From: Minisyncoccota bacterium | GTDB taxonomy: Bacteria > Patescibacteriota > Minisyncoccia > Phycocordibacterales > UBA9973 | Assembly: GCA_031413715.1 (NCBI GenBank) | Contig: JANOFO010000003.1 | Coordinates: forward strand, 75,047-139,046 | DNA: 64,000 nucleotides | Reading direction: 5' to 3' | Shown here: positions 49,961 through 59,879 of the stretch, in pieces | Numbering within the stretch: position 1 is the stretch's first letter | Layout of the letters: each line of letters begins with the position of its first letter | The notes under the pieces: model-generated | The model's database searches: none | What the model was told of the DNA's origin: nothing | The model's input: only the letters and a program-made list of their open reading frames with translations | Position numbers and translations under genes: made by a program

Positions 49961-50364
49961 CCGCTCTTGACCTTATAGGTTTCCACTGGGATGGCGACCT
50001 ATAAAGTCAGCAACGGACTTCATATATTCCCCCAGTGGAATTACCGCAATCAAAACAAAAACCGCATTTATCTTGCGGTTCTTGCTGAAACTTCCATAGC
50101 AAAACCCACTAAGATAAATGGATTCGGCATTGGAAGTTTCTCTTGCTAATTAAATTAGGGAGAAACAACTGCTCGAGATTATTTAAGAAATATCACTGGC
50201 CTCCTCATGAAGAACCACCAATGACTTGTACCGAAAATAATCTGTTGCGATGTTTTGATTTTTCAAGAACTAATTTAAGTATACCAACCATGTCAATAAA
50301 TTTCATCCACGAAAAATACCCTTTGTTTATTAGGTATTTTACGAGAAAGTATTAGAATGATTAT

Positions 50365-51903
50365 ATGGCAGACTCAAATACCCAAAACCCACAAATTTAC
50401 GAAATGTATAAACCTCTGAGAAACAGAATGCGTGAATTAAATATCATAGAATCCTTATATGTTATTTGGGCTTATTGTAATCACATGCAGTTTACCAACT
50501 CAAAAATACCTTCGGATATTCAAGTTGATAATTCCTTTCTTAACCCTACACATTGGGCTAAGCGTAATATATACGAATGGGAACTTGAGGTCTTAACGCG
50601 AGAAGTAATTTTGCACGGCGAGGATGCTGGAAGCAGAAAAACACTAAAGAGGTGGGACACTCTAGTCAACGCAGTTAATACATTAAAATCTATTGAGAAT
50701 AACATTGGTGGAATTTTTGTAAATAAAAATAATATCCTCTCCGAGTTATTTAGAATCACCCATCGGCAGTTTCCGTGGCAACAACTTAGACCCACGCATG
50801 AGCATATTATCCGTTACTATAAAATTTTTAACTTTCCACCGGTGAGTACTATCGTAGAACAAACTACGGGACTTACCACAAGACAAATATATTTTCTTCA
50901 TATGGCATTATTAGGTGCATTTACTAAAAGCGCAAAATTAAACTTGCCCTTGGAAATTTCTTTACACGGTTTTACTAAAGAACAAGCAAACAGTTTTGCG
51001 AAATCTTTTGCTAAACCAATCGATGATATTAGAGAAATGGTAAAAAATTCTCAACAGTATAATGATAAGTTTGCATATAACAACCAGAGTATTCACGAAT
51101 ATCCCTTAATTACTTTCCAAGAGAACGGCAGAGAAATAGCTATGTGCCCAATGCCAACTTTGCTATTTTGGCGTGCTAGTAGTGGTTTATATTACAAATT
51201 GATAAATCAACCAGGTTTCGATAAAGCATTTGGAGAGTCTTTCGAAAAATATACAGGTGAAGTTTTACAAAAAGCAGTACAATCCAAAAACATTTCTGTA
51301 ATACCCTCTGTAAAATACAACACCGGAAAAGGTAGAGACGAAGAGACCACAGACTGGATATTAAAAGATACAAATGGATTATTGTTTATAGAATGTAAAA
51401 CCAAAAGAGTTCCTTATACGGCAAAATTTGAATTAGACGCAACACTTGTAGCTACCGAATTTGAGAAGATGGCAAAAATTATTGTACAGACCTATAAATC
51501 AATTAAAGATTACCAAGATGGTCATTACCCAAACTTGCCTTTTGAAAAAGGAAAATCCGTCTACCCACTGGTCGTTACTTTAGAGGAGTGGTATGTTTTT
51601 CAAGGAGATTTTATAAAACCGATAAAGGAAGCTGTACTGAGGTTGTTTAACAAGGAATCACTTCCAGAATCATGGCTAGAAGAAATGCCATATCAAATTT
51701 GCTCAATACAAGAATTTGAGGTTGCAATTCAAACTATTAATCATACTGGAATTAAAGAGTTCATGGAGAAAAAAGTTATGGATAAAGAGAAAAAAACTTG
51801 GTCTATTAATACTTTTGCATCGTCAGAATTCCCAGAGATTTCAAAAAACTATAAACCACTTTTTGTTGATGAGTTTGATGCCCTGTTCTCATCTTTTCTC
51901 TAG
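50365..51903 (+). CDS. Uncharacterised 512-aa protein with a PD-(D/E)xK-like nuclease motif in its C-terminal half
   Basis: DWILKDTNGLLFIECKTK (a D...E-x-K arrangement). No other recognisable domain. Confidence 0.4.
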   Translation: MADSNTQNPQIYEMYKPLRNRMRELNIIESLYVIWAYCNHMQFTNSKIPSDIQVDNSFLNPTHWAKRNIYEWELEVLTREVILHGEDAGSRKTLKRWDTLVNAVNTLKSIENNIGGIFVNKNNILSELFRITHRQFPWQQLRPTHEHIIRYYKIFNFPPVSTIVEQTTGLTTRQIYFLHMALLGAFTKSAKLNLPLEISLHGFTKEQANSFAKSFAKPIDDIREMVKNSQQYNDKFAYNNQSIHEYPLITFQENGREIAMCPMPTLLFWRASSGLYYKLINQPGFDKAFGESFEKYTGEVLQKAVQSKNISVIPSVKYNTGKGRDEETTDWILKDTNGLLFIECKTKRVPYTAKFELDATLVATEFEKMAKIIVQTYKSIKDYQDGHYPNLPFEKGKSVYPLVVTLEEWYVFQGDFIKPIKEAVLRLFNKESLPESWLEEMPYQICSIQEFEVAIQTINHTGIKEFMEKKVMDKEKKTWSINTFASSEFPEISKNYKPLFVDEFDALFSSFL

Positions 51904-52120
51904 AATAAATTAACCTCTAACAGAGGTCATCCCTTCCATAGATTATTTTGTTGTTTTAGGAACTGGTACCACCTAAATTTCTTTTTTCGAAACAGAGAGA
52001 GGAAGACTTTATACCTCTTTGAGTTAATAACTTTATATATAAATGTATACTCAAATATAATAACGGATAGAAAGATACCCCCTTCTATATTAGCTAATAA
52101 GTAAGTGCTATAATTCCCTT

Positions 52121-53866
52121 ATGAGCTCACAAACCCTGGTTTGTCAAAACTGCAAGAAAGACTTTGTAATAGAGTCAGAAGATTTTAGTTACTACGAAAG
52201 AATCAAGGTTCCAGCTCCAACTTGGTGCGCTGATTGTCGTTTAGTAAGACGCATGTCTTACAGGAATGAAAGAAATTTGTATAAAAGAAAATGCCAAGCT
52301 CAAGGGCACGGAGAAGAAATGATTTCAACTTTCTCTCCTGATAAACCAGATACAATCTATTGTCATACTGCTTGGAATGGAGATAGTTGGGATGCAATGA
52401 ATTACGGACGAGAATATGACTTTTCAAAATCATTTTTTGAACAAATGAGGGAGCTTTGGAAAAGTGTTCCTGATGTGGGGCTATTTAATATAAACCCAGT
52501 AAATAGTGATTATTGTAGCATCACTCAAGACAACAAAAATTGCTATCTAGTTATTGGAGGAGATTTCAACGAAGACTCTTTATATTCTTCCTTCATATTC
52601 CACTCCAAAGAATGCATGGATTGTCATTTAGGCTCAAAAATTGAGAAAAATTACGAAACCACAGACTGCATTTCTTGTTTTAATTTGAAATATAGTCGCT
52701 ACTGTGAAACTTGCTATGATAGCGCTTTCCTCTTCAACTGTCGCAATTGTCATGATTGTTTCGGGTGCGTAAATTTAGTAAACAAAGAATATTGTATTTT
52801 CAACAAACAATACACCAAAGAAGAGTACAAAGAAAAAATGAAGGCGATAGATTTTGGCTCTTTCCAGGATATTCAAAAAACAAAAAAAGAATTTGAGGAG
52901 TTTAGTTTGAAGTTTCCAAGGCGCTTCGCAAAAATAGTAAAATCAGTTGATGTCTCAGGAGATTTTATAGAAAACTCTAAAAAATGTACTTACTGCTTTT
53001 CTGTGTTTGGTGGAGCCGAAGAGAGTAAAAATTTATGGCTCATTTATTCTCAAGTAAAGGATTCTTATGACATAGACCACTCTGGGCTCAACTCCATGGA
53101 ATGTTATGAATCTTCAAGCGTATACCCAGGAAACCAAGTAATGTTTTCTAGGTTTATTTGGGATAGCCATCATATTGAATATTCGTATAACTGTAATAAC
53201 TCTTCATACTTATTTGGCTGTGTAGGGGTAAAGAATAAAAAATATTGCATATTTAATAAACAATACGAGCCAGAGGAATGGAAAGTTATGCGAGAAAAAA
53301 TTATTAGCCACATGAAAGAAATGCCATATAAAGATAGAGGGGGTAGAGTATATTCTTATGGAGAGTTTTTTCCTATTGAACTTTCTCCTTTCGCATACAA
53401 CGAAACAGTAGCTCAGGAGTTAAAACCGCTTGATAAAAAAGAAATAGAAGGTTCTGGATATAACTACGCCGAAAATACTGATAGAAATTACAAAATCGAA
53501 AGAGAATACAAAGATTTGCCTGACAATATAGACCAGGTAGATAAAAACATCTTAAACAAAACAATTAGTTGTGCGCATGGTGGAAATTGTAAGGATGGTT
53601 GTACTCAGGCATTCAAAATTACCGAACCGGAACTTTCTTTTTACAATAATTACAGAATACCCCTCCCTAGAATGTGTCCAAACTGTAGGTACGCGGACAG
53701 GTTAAAACAGAAAAATCCTCTCCATCTCTGGCGCAGGACTTGTATGTGCGACAAAAAGCATTCTAATCACACAGGAAATTGCGATATTGAATTTGAAACT
53801 TCTTATTCCCCTGACCGGCCGGAGATAGTGTATTGTGAAAAATGCTATCAGCAAGAAGTTTACTAG
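52121..53866 (+). CDS. Uncharacterised 581-aa cysteine-rich protein with N- and C-terminal zinc-ribbon-like CxxC pairs and an internal duplication
   Basis: CQNCKK...CADCR at the N-terminus and CPNCR...CEKCYQQ at the C-terminus. The segment ..FGCV..K.YCIFNKQY..EE.K is repeated. Many CxxC/CxC clusters. Confidence 0.5.
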   Translation: MSSQTLVCQNCKKDFVIESEDFSYYERIKVPAPTWCADCRLVRRMSYRNERNLYKRKCQAQGHGEEMISTFSPDKPDTIYCHTAWNGDSWDAMNYGREYDFSKSFFEQMRELWKSVPDVGLFNINPVNSDYCSITQDNKNCYLVIGGDFNEDSLYSSFIFHSKECMDCHLGSKIEKNYETTDCISCFNLKYSRYCETCYDSAFLFNCRNCHDCFGCVNLVNKEYCIFNKQYTKEEYKEKMKAIDFGSFQDIQKTKKEFEEFSLKFPRRFAKIVKSVDVSGDFIENSKKCTYCFSVFGGAEESKNLWLIYSQVKDSYDIDHSGLNSMECYESSSVYPGNQVMFSRFIWDSHHIEYSYNCNNSSYLFGCVGVKNKKYCIFNKQYEPEEWKVMREKIISHMKEMPYKDRGGRVYSYGEFFPIELSPFAYNETVAQELKPLDKKEIEGSGYNYAENTDRNYKIEREYKDLPDNIDQVDKNILNKTISCAHGGNCKDGCTQAFKITEPELSFYNNYRIPLPRMCPNCRYADRLKQKNPLHLWRRTCMCDKKHSNHTGNCDIEFETSYSPDRPEIVYCEKCYQQEVY

Positions 53867-54023
53867 CTCAGAACAGCTTCTGTTTCAGATAGTTTGGGTA
53901 TGAAAAAGTATGTATTTGGATTGCTATAATAGGTTCTAATGTCGTATACTAACCTCCGCAGACAATTTATATCGGAGCGACCTGAGTACCAAAAATAGCA
54001 TATTTGAGTTAAAATAGCTGTAT

Positions 54024-55016
54024 ATGGAAAAACAAAATTTAGGTTTAAAAAACGATACTGTAGATATGGAGAAACCTGAAGTTCAGAATAATTTGGGCTC
54101 TTTATTGAAAGAAAAAGGCATTGAAAATGTGCCTAGGATTAAAACCAACTTCTTCTTTAATAAGCATGCAACCACAGAGGATGGAGAGGCCATCAGTGAA
54201 CGATTAAAAAATACCGACATCTTACTTCAAGAAAATGCAGGTTGGGATCCTGCTCGCCTCGATATTTTCAATAATGTATCAAACGGCATCCTAACGCCCG
54301 AACAGGCAATGGACATGGAGAAACAGAGAGGAAAACCATTCTTCCATGAAGATTTTTATAACGCACTATTAAAAGGTTTGTATAAATCAGAAAAGAAAGT
54401 AATGCTAGTTGATGTTCCAGACGATAATGTAGTCTTCAAAAACCTCATGGGTCTGTTTTCAGGTAACGGCACTTATAATAATCTCATAGACAAGTCCTTG
54501 CCTTATGAAGAAATGTTACGGAGGGTCGGTAATGTATCAAAATTTGAATCTGACATGCAAAAGGCTCGCGAAGATTATATTTTGGAAAATCTTCCAGAAG
54601 CTCTGGTCAAAATATTGAAGCAAAATCCTGAGTTCCAGAAAAAAGAAGATTTGAAGATACTTTTCTCGATGGGAGGTTTTCACACTCGGCTGTATCACGA
54701 GATGAAAAAATCAGGAAATGATGTAAATCGAGAATTTTCAAGTATGCCGTATAAGTTTGATCCTCGGATGGCCGCTGAACGCAATATCCACTTCAGGGGT
54801 ATGGAGAAGTCAAAATATTTATTGCCTAAGATTACCCTCTATCTTCTTCTAAAAAAAGAACTGCCGAATTTAAATATATCAAATAATATTATGTCTGCTT
54901 TTTCTGATGAAAAAATTAAGAATCTCTATGAAAAATACCAAGCAGTTTCTTCCAAAGAGTTCAAAGAATACCTCGAATCGATATTATCAGTATCCGACCC
55001 ATATGTCCCAGTTTAG
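54024..55016 (+). CDS. Hypothetical 330-aa protein. Its last 7 codons and stop lie inside dispersed repeat module M1.
   Basis: Long ORF with no recognisable motif. The C-terminus ...SDPYVPV* is encoded by gacccatatgtcccagtttag, which recurs at the end of the 39065-40072 gene. Confidence 0.5.
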   Translation: MEKQNLGLKNDTVDMEKPEVQNNLGSLLKEKGIENVPRIKTNFFFNKHATTEDGEAISERLKNTDILLQENAGWDPARLDIFNNVSNGILTPEQAMDMEKQRGKPFFHEDFYNALLKGLYKSEKKVMLVDVPDDNVVFKNLMGLFSGNGTYNNLIDKSLPYEEMLRRVGNVSKFESDMQKAREDYILENLPEALVKILKQNPEFQKKEDLKILFSMGGFHTRLYHEMKKSGNDVNREFSSMPYKFDPRMAAERNIHFRGMEKSKYLLPKITLYLLLKKELPNLNISNNIMSAFSDEKIKNLYEKYQAVSSKEFKEYLESILSVSDPYVPV

Positions 55017-55158
55017 CTCTCAAAAATCTCCCGAACCAGTCTTATAGGACCTCGTGAATTCGGTACTGAACCCACAATGCCCACATTCATCACGACGTAG
55101 CTTTAGCGAAGTCGGATTCGCCAAATCTATATCACGATTTTAAGCTAAAATACAATAT

Positions 55159-56139
55159 ATGAGCGAAAAACCTCGACACAAACGTAGATTCAAAAATCCT
55201 GAGAAATGTTTTCAGACTAAAGGATTCCATTTTGCATCGGTTCGATGGATCCTCACTCGAATATTTAAAAATTCTTACAAATTGGGAATAGACTTGCCAG
55301 AGACACATGTGGTTTCTAAGAAAGAAGCCCTTTCTTTAAAAGAAAAATATCATAATGTTCCATCTATAACTTGGCTTGGTCATGCTTCATTTCTCTTAAA
55401 AATTGGAGATGTACAAATATTAACTGACCCGATTTTATTTGGTACCCCTGCAACACCATTACTAAAAAGTTTAAAAAGGTTACCGAGCCCACTTCAAGCA
55501 ATGGAATTAACTGGGGTAAACATACTACTCCTTTCCCATGAGCATGCTGATCATGTACATCATCCCTCTTTGGCAAGTCTCTTAAAAAAAGAAGATATCC
55601 AACCTATTGTTTCACTTGGCATAGGCAAAAAGATACTTAAGCATAAATTCAAAGAATCTATTGAGCTTGATTGGTTTGAAATATACAAAGTAGGTAATAC
55701 GATAACGATTACCGCTGTACCCGCAGTTCATTATTCTGATTTCACTAATAGCACATTGTGGTCTGGATTTATTATTTCTTTTACAGATCAAGAGGGAAAG
55801 ATAAAGAAAATATATTTTGGCGGAGATACTGGCTATGGTCCATTCATAACAAGAGATATAGCTCCATACGGTCCATTTGATATTGCCCTTATTGGAGTGG
55901 GCGCCTTCGAACTTCCCTATCAATCTCGCGCGCCAGTTGTGCATACGAACCCAGAACAAGCTGTTAATATTGCCAAAGAAATACAAGCTCAAAAAATTAT
56001 TGGGATGCATTGGGGAACAATGAGAATGGCAGATGAAGTTCCACACACATTATTCCCTCGTATGATTCAGCATGCAAATGAGATCGGATATCAAGGAGAA
56101 ATAAACATGCTTCGTATCGGGGAAACCATTGCAATGTAA
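55159..56139 (+). CDS. MBL-fold metallo-hydrolase
   Basis: LLLSHEHADHVH (HxHxDH) and ITWLGHASFLLK. Confidence 0.85.
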   Translation: MSEKPRHKRRFKNPEKCFQTKGFHFASVRWILTRIFKNSYKLGIDLPETHVVSKKEALSLKEKYHNVPSITWLGHASFLLKIGDVQILTDPILFGTPATPLLKSLKRLPSPLQAMELTGVNILLLSHEHADHVHHPSLASLLKKEDIQPIVSLGIGKKILKHKFKESIELDWFEIYKVGNTITITAVPAVHYSDFTNSTLWSGFIISFTDQEGKIKKIYFGGDTGYGPFITRDIAPYGPFDIALIGVGAFELPYQSRAPVVHTNPEQAVNIAKEIQAQKIIGMHWGTMRMADEVPHTLFPRMIQHANEIGYQGEINMLRIGETIAM

Positions 56140-56145
56140 TTTATC

Positions 56146-56226
56146 TACTGTGACTCACATACCTCAATAACTACTCAAGAAAAGTGATAAAATACCCTTA
56201 CAAGGGTCGAGAGCGTGGGTACTGAA
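56146..56226. repeat. Dispersed repeat X (copy 2), inverted relative to 40152-40232
   Basis: It begins 7 nt after the stop of the MBL gene, as copy 1 does after the 40237 gene. Confidence 0.65.
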
Positions 56227-56279
56227 CTAACATGGCCACACAACAAAAATAATTTAGGAAAATCTGATATACTATTCTT

Positions 56280-57026
56280 ATGGATGACCTTGAGAAATTA
56301 AAAGTTGAGAATGAGGAACTAAAAAAGGTAAACGCGGTCAGATCGGATTTGATTTCTATTTCTGCCCATCAGCTCCGCACTTCACTCTCGGCGCTCAAAT
56401 GGATTCTTAGGATGTTTGCAGATAAAGACCTCGGCAAGATTACCCAAGAGCAGGAAGGATTTATCGAGAAAGCACTAGAAAGCAATGAACGCATGATAGT
56501 GCTCGTCAACGATCTGCTGACGCTCAATCATTCTGATGATGCGAGTATTCCATTTAACTTTAAACAGGTAAATATCATAGGACTGCTTGAAGAGACATTG
56601 TTTGAATTCTATGGCGAGACTCACAAGAAAAATATCGAGCTTATATTCATAAAACCCACTACCGATATTCCCCTTGTTCGCTGTGATAGTGAAATGATTC
56701 GAGTGGTCATGCAAAACCTGATCGAGAACTCCATAAAATATAGCGATCAGAACGACAAAGTTTTCGTATCACTCAAATACAAGGCGGAAACAAATACAAT
56801 CGACATATCAATTCACGACACCGGTATCGGAATCAAGCAGGAAGACCAAGACAAGATTTTTAATAAATTCTTCCGCACTAGAAATGCAATCGAGAAGGAT
56901 AATATCGGCTCAGGCTTAGGATTGTATACCACAAAGAACATAATTCTGCGTCATAAAGGGAAAATCTGGTTCGAAAGTGCTCCCGATTCAGGAACGACCT
57001 TTTATGTTACATTACCTATAAATTAG
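56280..57026 (+). CDS. Soluble sensor histidine kinase (HisKA + HATPase_c, no TM or sensor domain)
   Basis: H-box ISAHQLRTSLSALKW, N/G boxes DTGIGIKQEDQDKIFNKFFR and GSGLGLYTTK. Confidence 0.85.
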   Translation: MDDLEKLKVENEELKKVNAVRSDLISISAHQLRTSLSALKWILRMFADKDLGKITQEQEGFIEKALESNERMIVLVNDLLTLNHSDDASIPFNFKQVNIIGLLEETLFEFYGETHKKNIELIFIKPTTDIPLVRCDSEMIRVVMQNLIENSIKYSDQNDKVFVSLKYKAETNTIDISIHDTGIGIKQEDQDKIFNKFFRTRNAIEKDNIGSGLGLYTTKNIILRHKGKIWFESAPDSGTTFYVTLPIN

Positions 57027-57042
57027 AGCCTGTGATATAATT

Positions 57043-57414
57043 ATGCACATGAAAAAGGTACTCATAGTAGAAGATGACGCGTTCTTGCAAGGTTTGGAGG
57101 CAGGCAAATTAAAGAAGGACAATTATGAAGTGGTTGTGGCATCGACCGGCGAGGAAGGAATGGAGAAAATCCATGAACCAGGAATTGACCTCGTTCTTCT
57201 TGACCTGATACTACCGAAGTTTGATGGTTTTGAAATTTTACGTAAAATAAAAGAGACAGAAAATCTCAAACATATTCCTGTCATCGTATTTTCGAACTTA
57301 TCCGAGGAGAAAGATATCAAAAGAGCTGAAAGCCTGGGTGCGGCAGACTTCATGGTCAAATCCAATTTTACGCTCGATGAGCTCGTAGACCATATCAATA
57401 AGATCTTGAAATAA
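57043..57414 (+). CDS. Single-domain response regulator (receiver)
   Basis: KVLIVEDDAFL...DLVLLDLILPKFDGFE...K. Confidence 0.9.
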   Translation: MHMKKVLIVEDDAFLQGLEAGKLKKDNYEVVVASTGEEGMEKIHEPGIDLVLLDLILPKFDGFEILRKIKETENLKHIPVIVFSNLSEEKDIKRAESLGAADFMVKSNFTLDELVDHINKILK

Positions 57415-57515
57415 AGCCGTGAAGAAAGCGGAGCATACACGCGCCATAATCTTACTCCTTATCCTTATCGCTATCGGCGGTGTTGTTCTTTACGGCAAAG
57501 AAAAGGTTCCTTACA

Positions 57516-59753
57516 ATGCCAAGGCCCCTCGTTATGAATCTCCACGATAAAATTGAAAATAGTTTCCGGATTGATCCGCTTCAAAAGAAAGCACTGGACC
57601 GCCTTGGGATCCATACAATTCACGATTTACTATACTATTTTCCTACTCGCTATACCGATATATCGGAAGTCCGCCATATCAATACTCTCTCCAATGGTGA
57701 GACGGTCACGATACTTGGCACCATTTCAAAACTAAAAACTAAGAAAGGGTTTAAGAGTAAAATTCCTATGGGCCAAGCAGTGCTCACAGACCTGACAGGT
57801 ACAATAAATATCATCTGGTTTCATCAACCATACTTGGCCAAGATGCTTAAGGAAAGTTCAACGGTCCGAGTCACAGGTAAAATTTCCGAGAACAAGACGT
57901 ATGGACTGACACTGACCAATCCAGAAATAAAACCGGAAGATGTGTTACCTATTGATTTGCACGATACACTTTTCGAGAAACCAAACGGTGAAGGGCAACA
58001 AAAGCAATTTGGTTACCCCATATACCCTGAATCAAAAGGAGTTACTTCAAAGTGGATCTACCACACAATCCAAAAGATATTGAAACAAGATTTCGTTAAA
58101 AACACTGTCGATTATCTGCCAAAGGAAATCGTAAAAGAATACAAACTTCCGGCACTGCACACCGCGCTCGTCTGGATCCATATGCCGCAAAAAAAGGAGC
58201 ATGCCGAGATCGCCCGCAAGCGCTTTGCCTTTGAAGAAGTTTTTTTCATTCAGCTTGCTCGCCAGCAAGAGCGAAAAGCATACGAAGAATTATTCTCATA
58301 TAAACTTATCATTCCAGAGGAAGACATCGAGGATTTCATCTCACGCTTCCCTTTCATGCCAACTAAAGCTCAAAGTAATACCATAAGAACTATTTTAGAT
58401 GATTTGAAGCGTGACAAACCAATGTCTCGATTAATAGAGGGTGATGTAGGAAGCGGTAAGACATTCGTTGCTGCGACGATCGCCTATGCAGTTATTAAAA
58501 ACAGACCTGCGGGGCAGAATTTCGGCAATTTGCAGGTAGCGTACATGGCACCGACGGAAGTTCTGGCTACCCAGCTTTATGAGAGCTTTATAGAGTATTT
58601 TGATCATACTGGTATTTCAATAGGGTTGGTGACCGGCTCTGGCTGTCGTAAATTCCCAAGTAAAAGCGCCCACTGGGAAAACGGTTCACAAGTAAAAACT
58701 TGGACTCCGATATCGCGCAATCAGCTTTTGAAGTGGGTCAAGAATGGCGAGATACCGATTGTCATTGGTACACATGCACTTATATCGAAAAGCGTAGAAT
58801 TCCAAGACTTGGGCTTAGTTATTATTGATGAACAACATCGCTTCGGAACCAACCAGCGAATGAAGCTTGCGAAAAAACCCGTCCGAACGGGTCATCCGGG
58901 CGGAGAAGGTCATGCACCACACTATCTCTCTATGACTGCAACTCCAATCCCCCGCACACTTGCACTCACTATCTATGGAGATCTTGATTTATCTATCATT
59001 GACCAGATGCCAGCTGGAAGAAAAGAAGTCATTACAAAAATTGTAAGTCCAGACAAGCGTAGAGATGCATATGAAGATATTCGCAAAGAATTGGAACAAG
59101 GTCGACAAGCGTATGTCATTTGTCCGCGTATTAACGAGCCCGATCCCGATAAAGAGCAAGCGGTTATCGCCAAATCAGTCCTTGCCGAAGCTAAACTTTT
59201 GGCGAAGGAAGTTTTCCCGAACTATCGCATCGGAGTTATGCATTCGAAGATGGCGAAACAGAAAAAGGAAGACATCATGCAGGAATTCAAGGATCACGAG
59301 ATAGATATCCTTGTTTCAACATCTGTCATCGAAGTCGGTGTCAATGTTCCCAACGCAACTTCGATCATCATAGAGGGTGCCGAGCGCTTTGGGCTTGCTC
59401 AGCTCCATCAGCTCCGTGGACGTGTTATCCGTAGTACTCATCAATCATATTGCTATTTATTTGCCGATGCCAAGACTGACAAAACGATTGATCGCTTAAA
59501 AGCTCTCGTCAAAGCATCGAATGGATTTGAACTGGCAGAACTTGATCTTACACTCCGCGGTGCAGGTTTGCTTTCTGGCGACAAGCAATGGGGTATAACC
59601 GACCTCGGCATGGAAGCAATCAAGAATATAAAAATGGTAGAAGCTGCGCGAACTGAAGCTATTAAACTAATAGAAAAAGACCAGAATCTTTCTAGATTTC
59701 CTCTCCTTGACCAAACTCTTAAAAAGAAAGACTTAAATTTACACTTTGAATAA
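57516..59753 (+). CDS. recG: ATP-dependent DNA helicase RecG
   Basis: Wedge domain, Walker A GDVGSGKT, DEQHRFG. Start taken at MPRPLV. Confidence 0.9.
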   Translation: MPRPLVMNLHDKIENSFRIDPLQKKALDRLGIHTIHDLLYYFPTRYTDISEVRHINTLSNGETVTILGTISKLKTKKGFKSKIPMGQAVLTDLTGTINIIWFHQPYLAKMLKESSTVRVTGKISENKTYGLTLTNPEIKPEDVLPIDLHDTLFEKPNGEGQQKQFGYPIYPESKGVTSKWIYHTIQKILKQDFVKNTVDYLPKEIVKEYKLPALHTALVWIHMPQKKEHAEIARKRFAFEEVFFIQLARQQERKAYEELFSYKLIIPEEDIEDFISRFPFMPTKAQSNTIRTILDDLKRDKPMSRLIEGDVGSGKTFVAATIAYAVIKNRPAGQNFGNLQVAYMAPTEVLATQLYESFIEYFDHTGISIGLVTGSGCRKFPSKSAHWENGSQVKTWTPISRNQLLKWVKNGEIPIVIGTHALISKSVEFQDLGLVIIDEQHRFGTNQRMKLAKKPVRTGHPGGEGHAPHYLSMTATPIPRTLALTIYGDLDLSIIDQMPAGRKEVITKIVSPDKRRDAYEDIRKELEQGRQAYVICPRINEPDPDKEQAVIAKSVLAEAKLLAKEVFPNYRIGVMHSKMAKQKKEDIMQEFKDHEIDILVSTSVIEVGVNVPNATSIIIEGAERFGLAQLHQLRGRVIRSTHQSYCYLFADAKTDKTIDRLKALVKASNGFELAELDLTLRGAGLLSGDKQWGITDLGMEAIKNIKMVEAARTEAIKLIEKDQNLSRFPLLDQTLKKKDLNLHFE

Positions 59754-59879
59754 GGCTTAATTTACAAGCTTTATTAGATTGACAAGCATTGATATTTGTG
59801 ATACAATATAACTGAGGTTGCTAGCTAGACCTGATAATTAGCTAATAAACAAATTCTTTAAAAAATTAAAACCCAGAAA

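Noticed and set aside
50143-50355. 70-aa ORF upstream of the PD-(D/E)xK gene
   Set aside because: Its composition is unusual (Cys/Pro/His-rich) and it has no RBS-like context. It is probably non-coding leader sequence.
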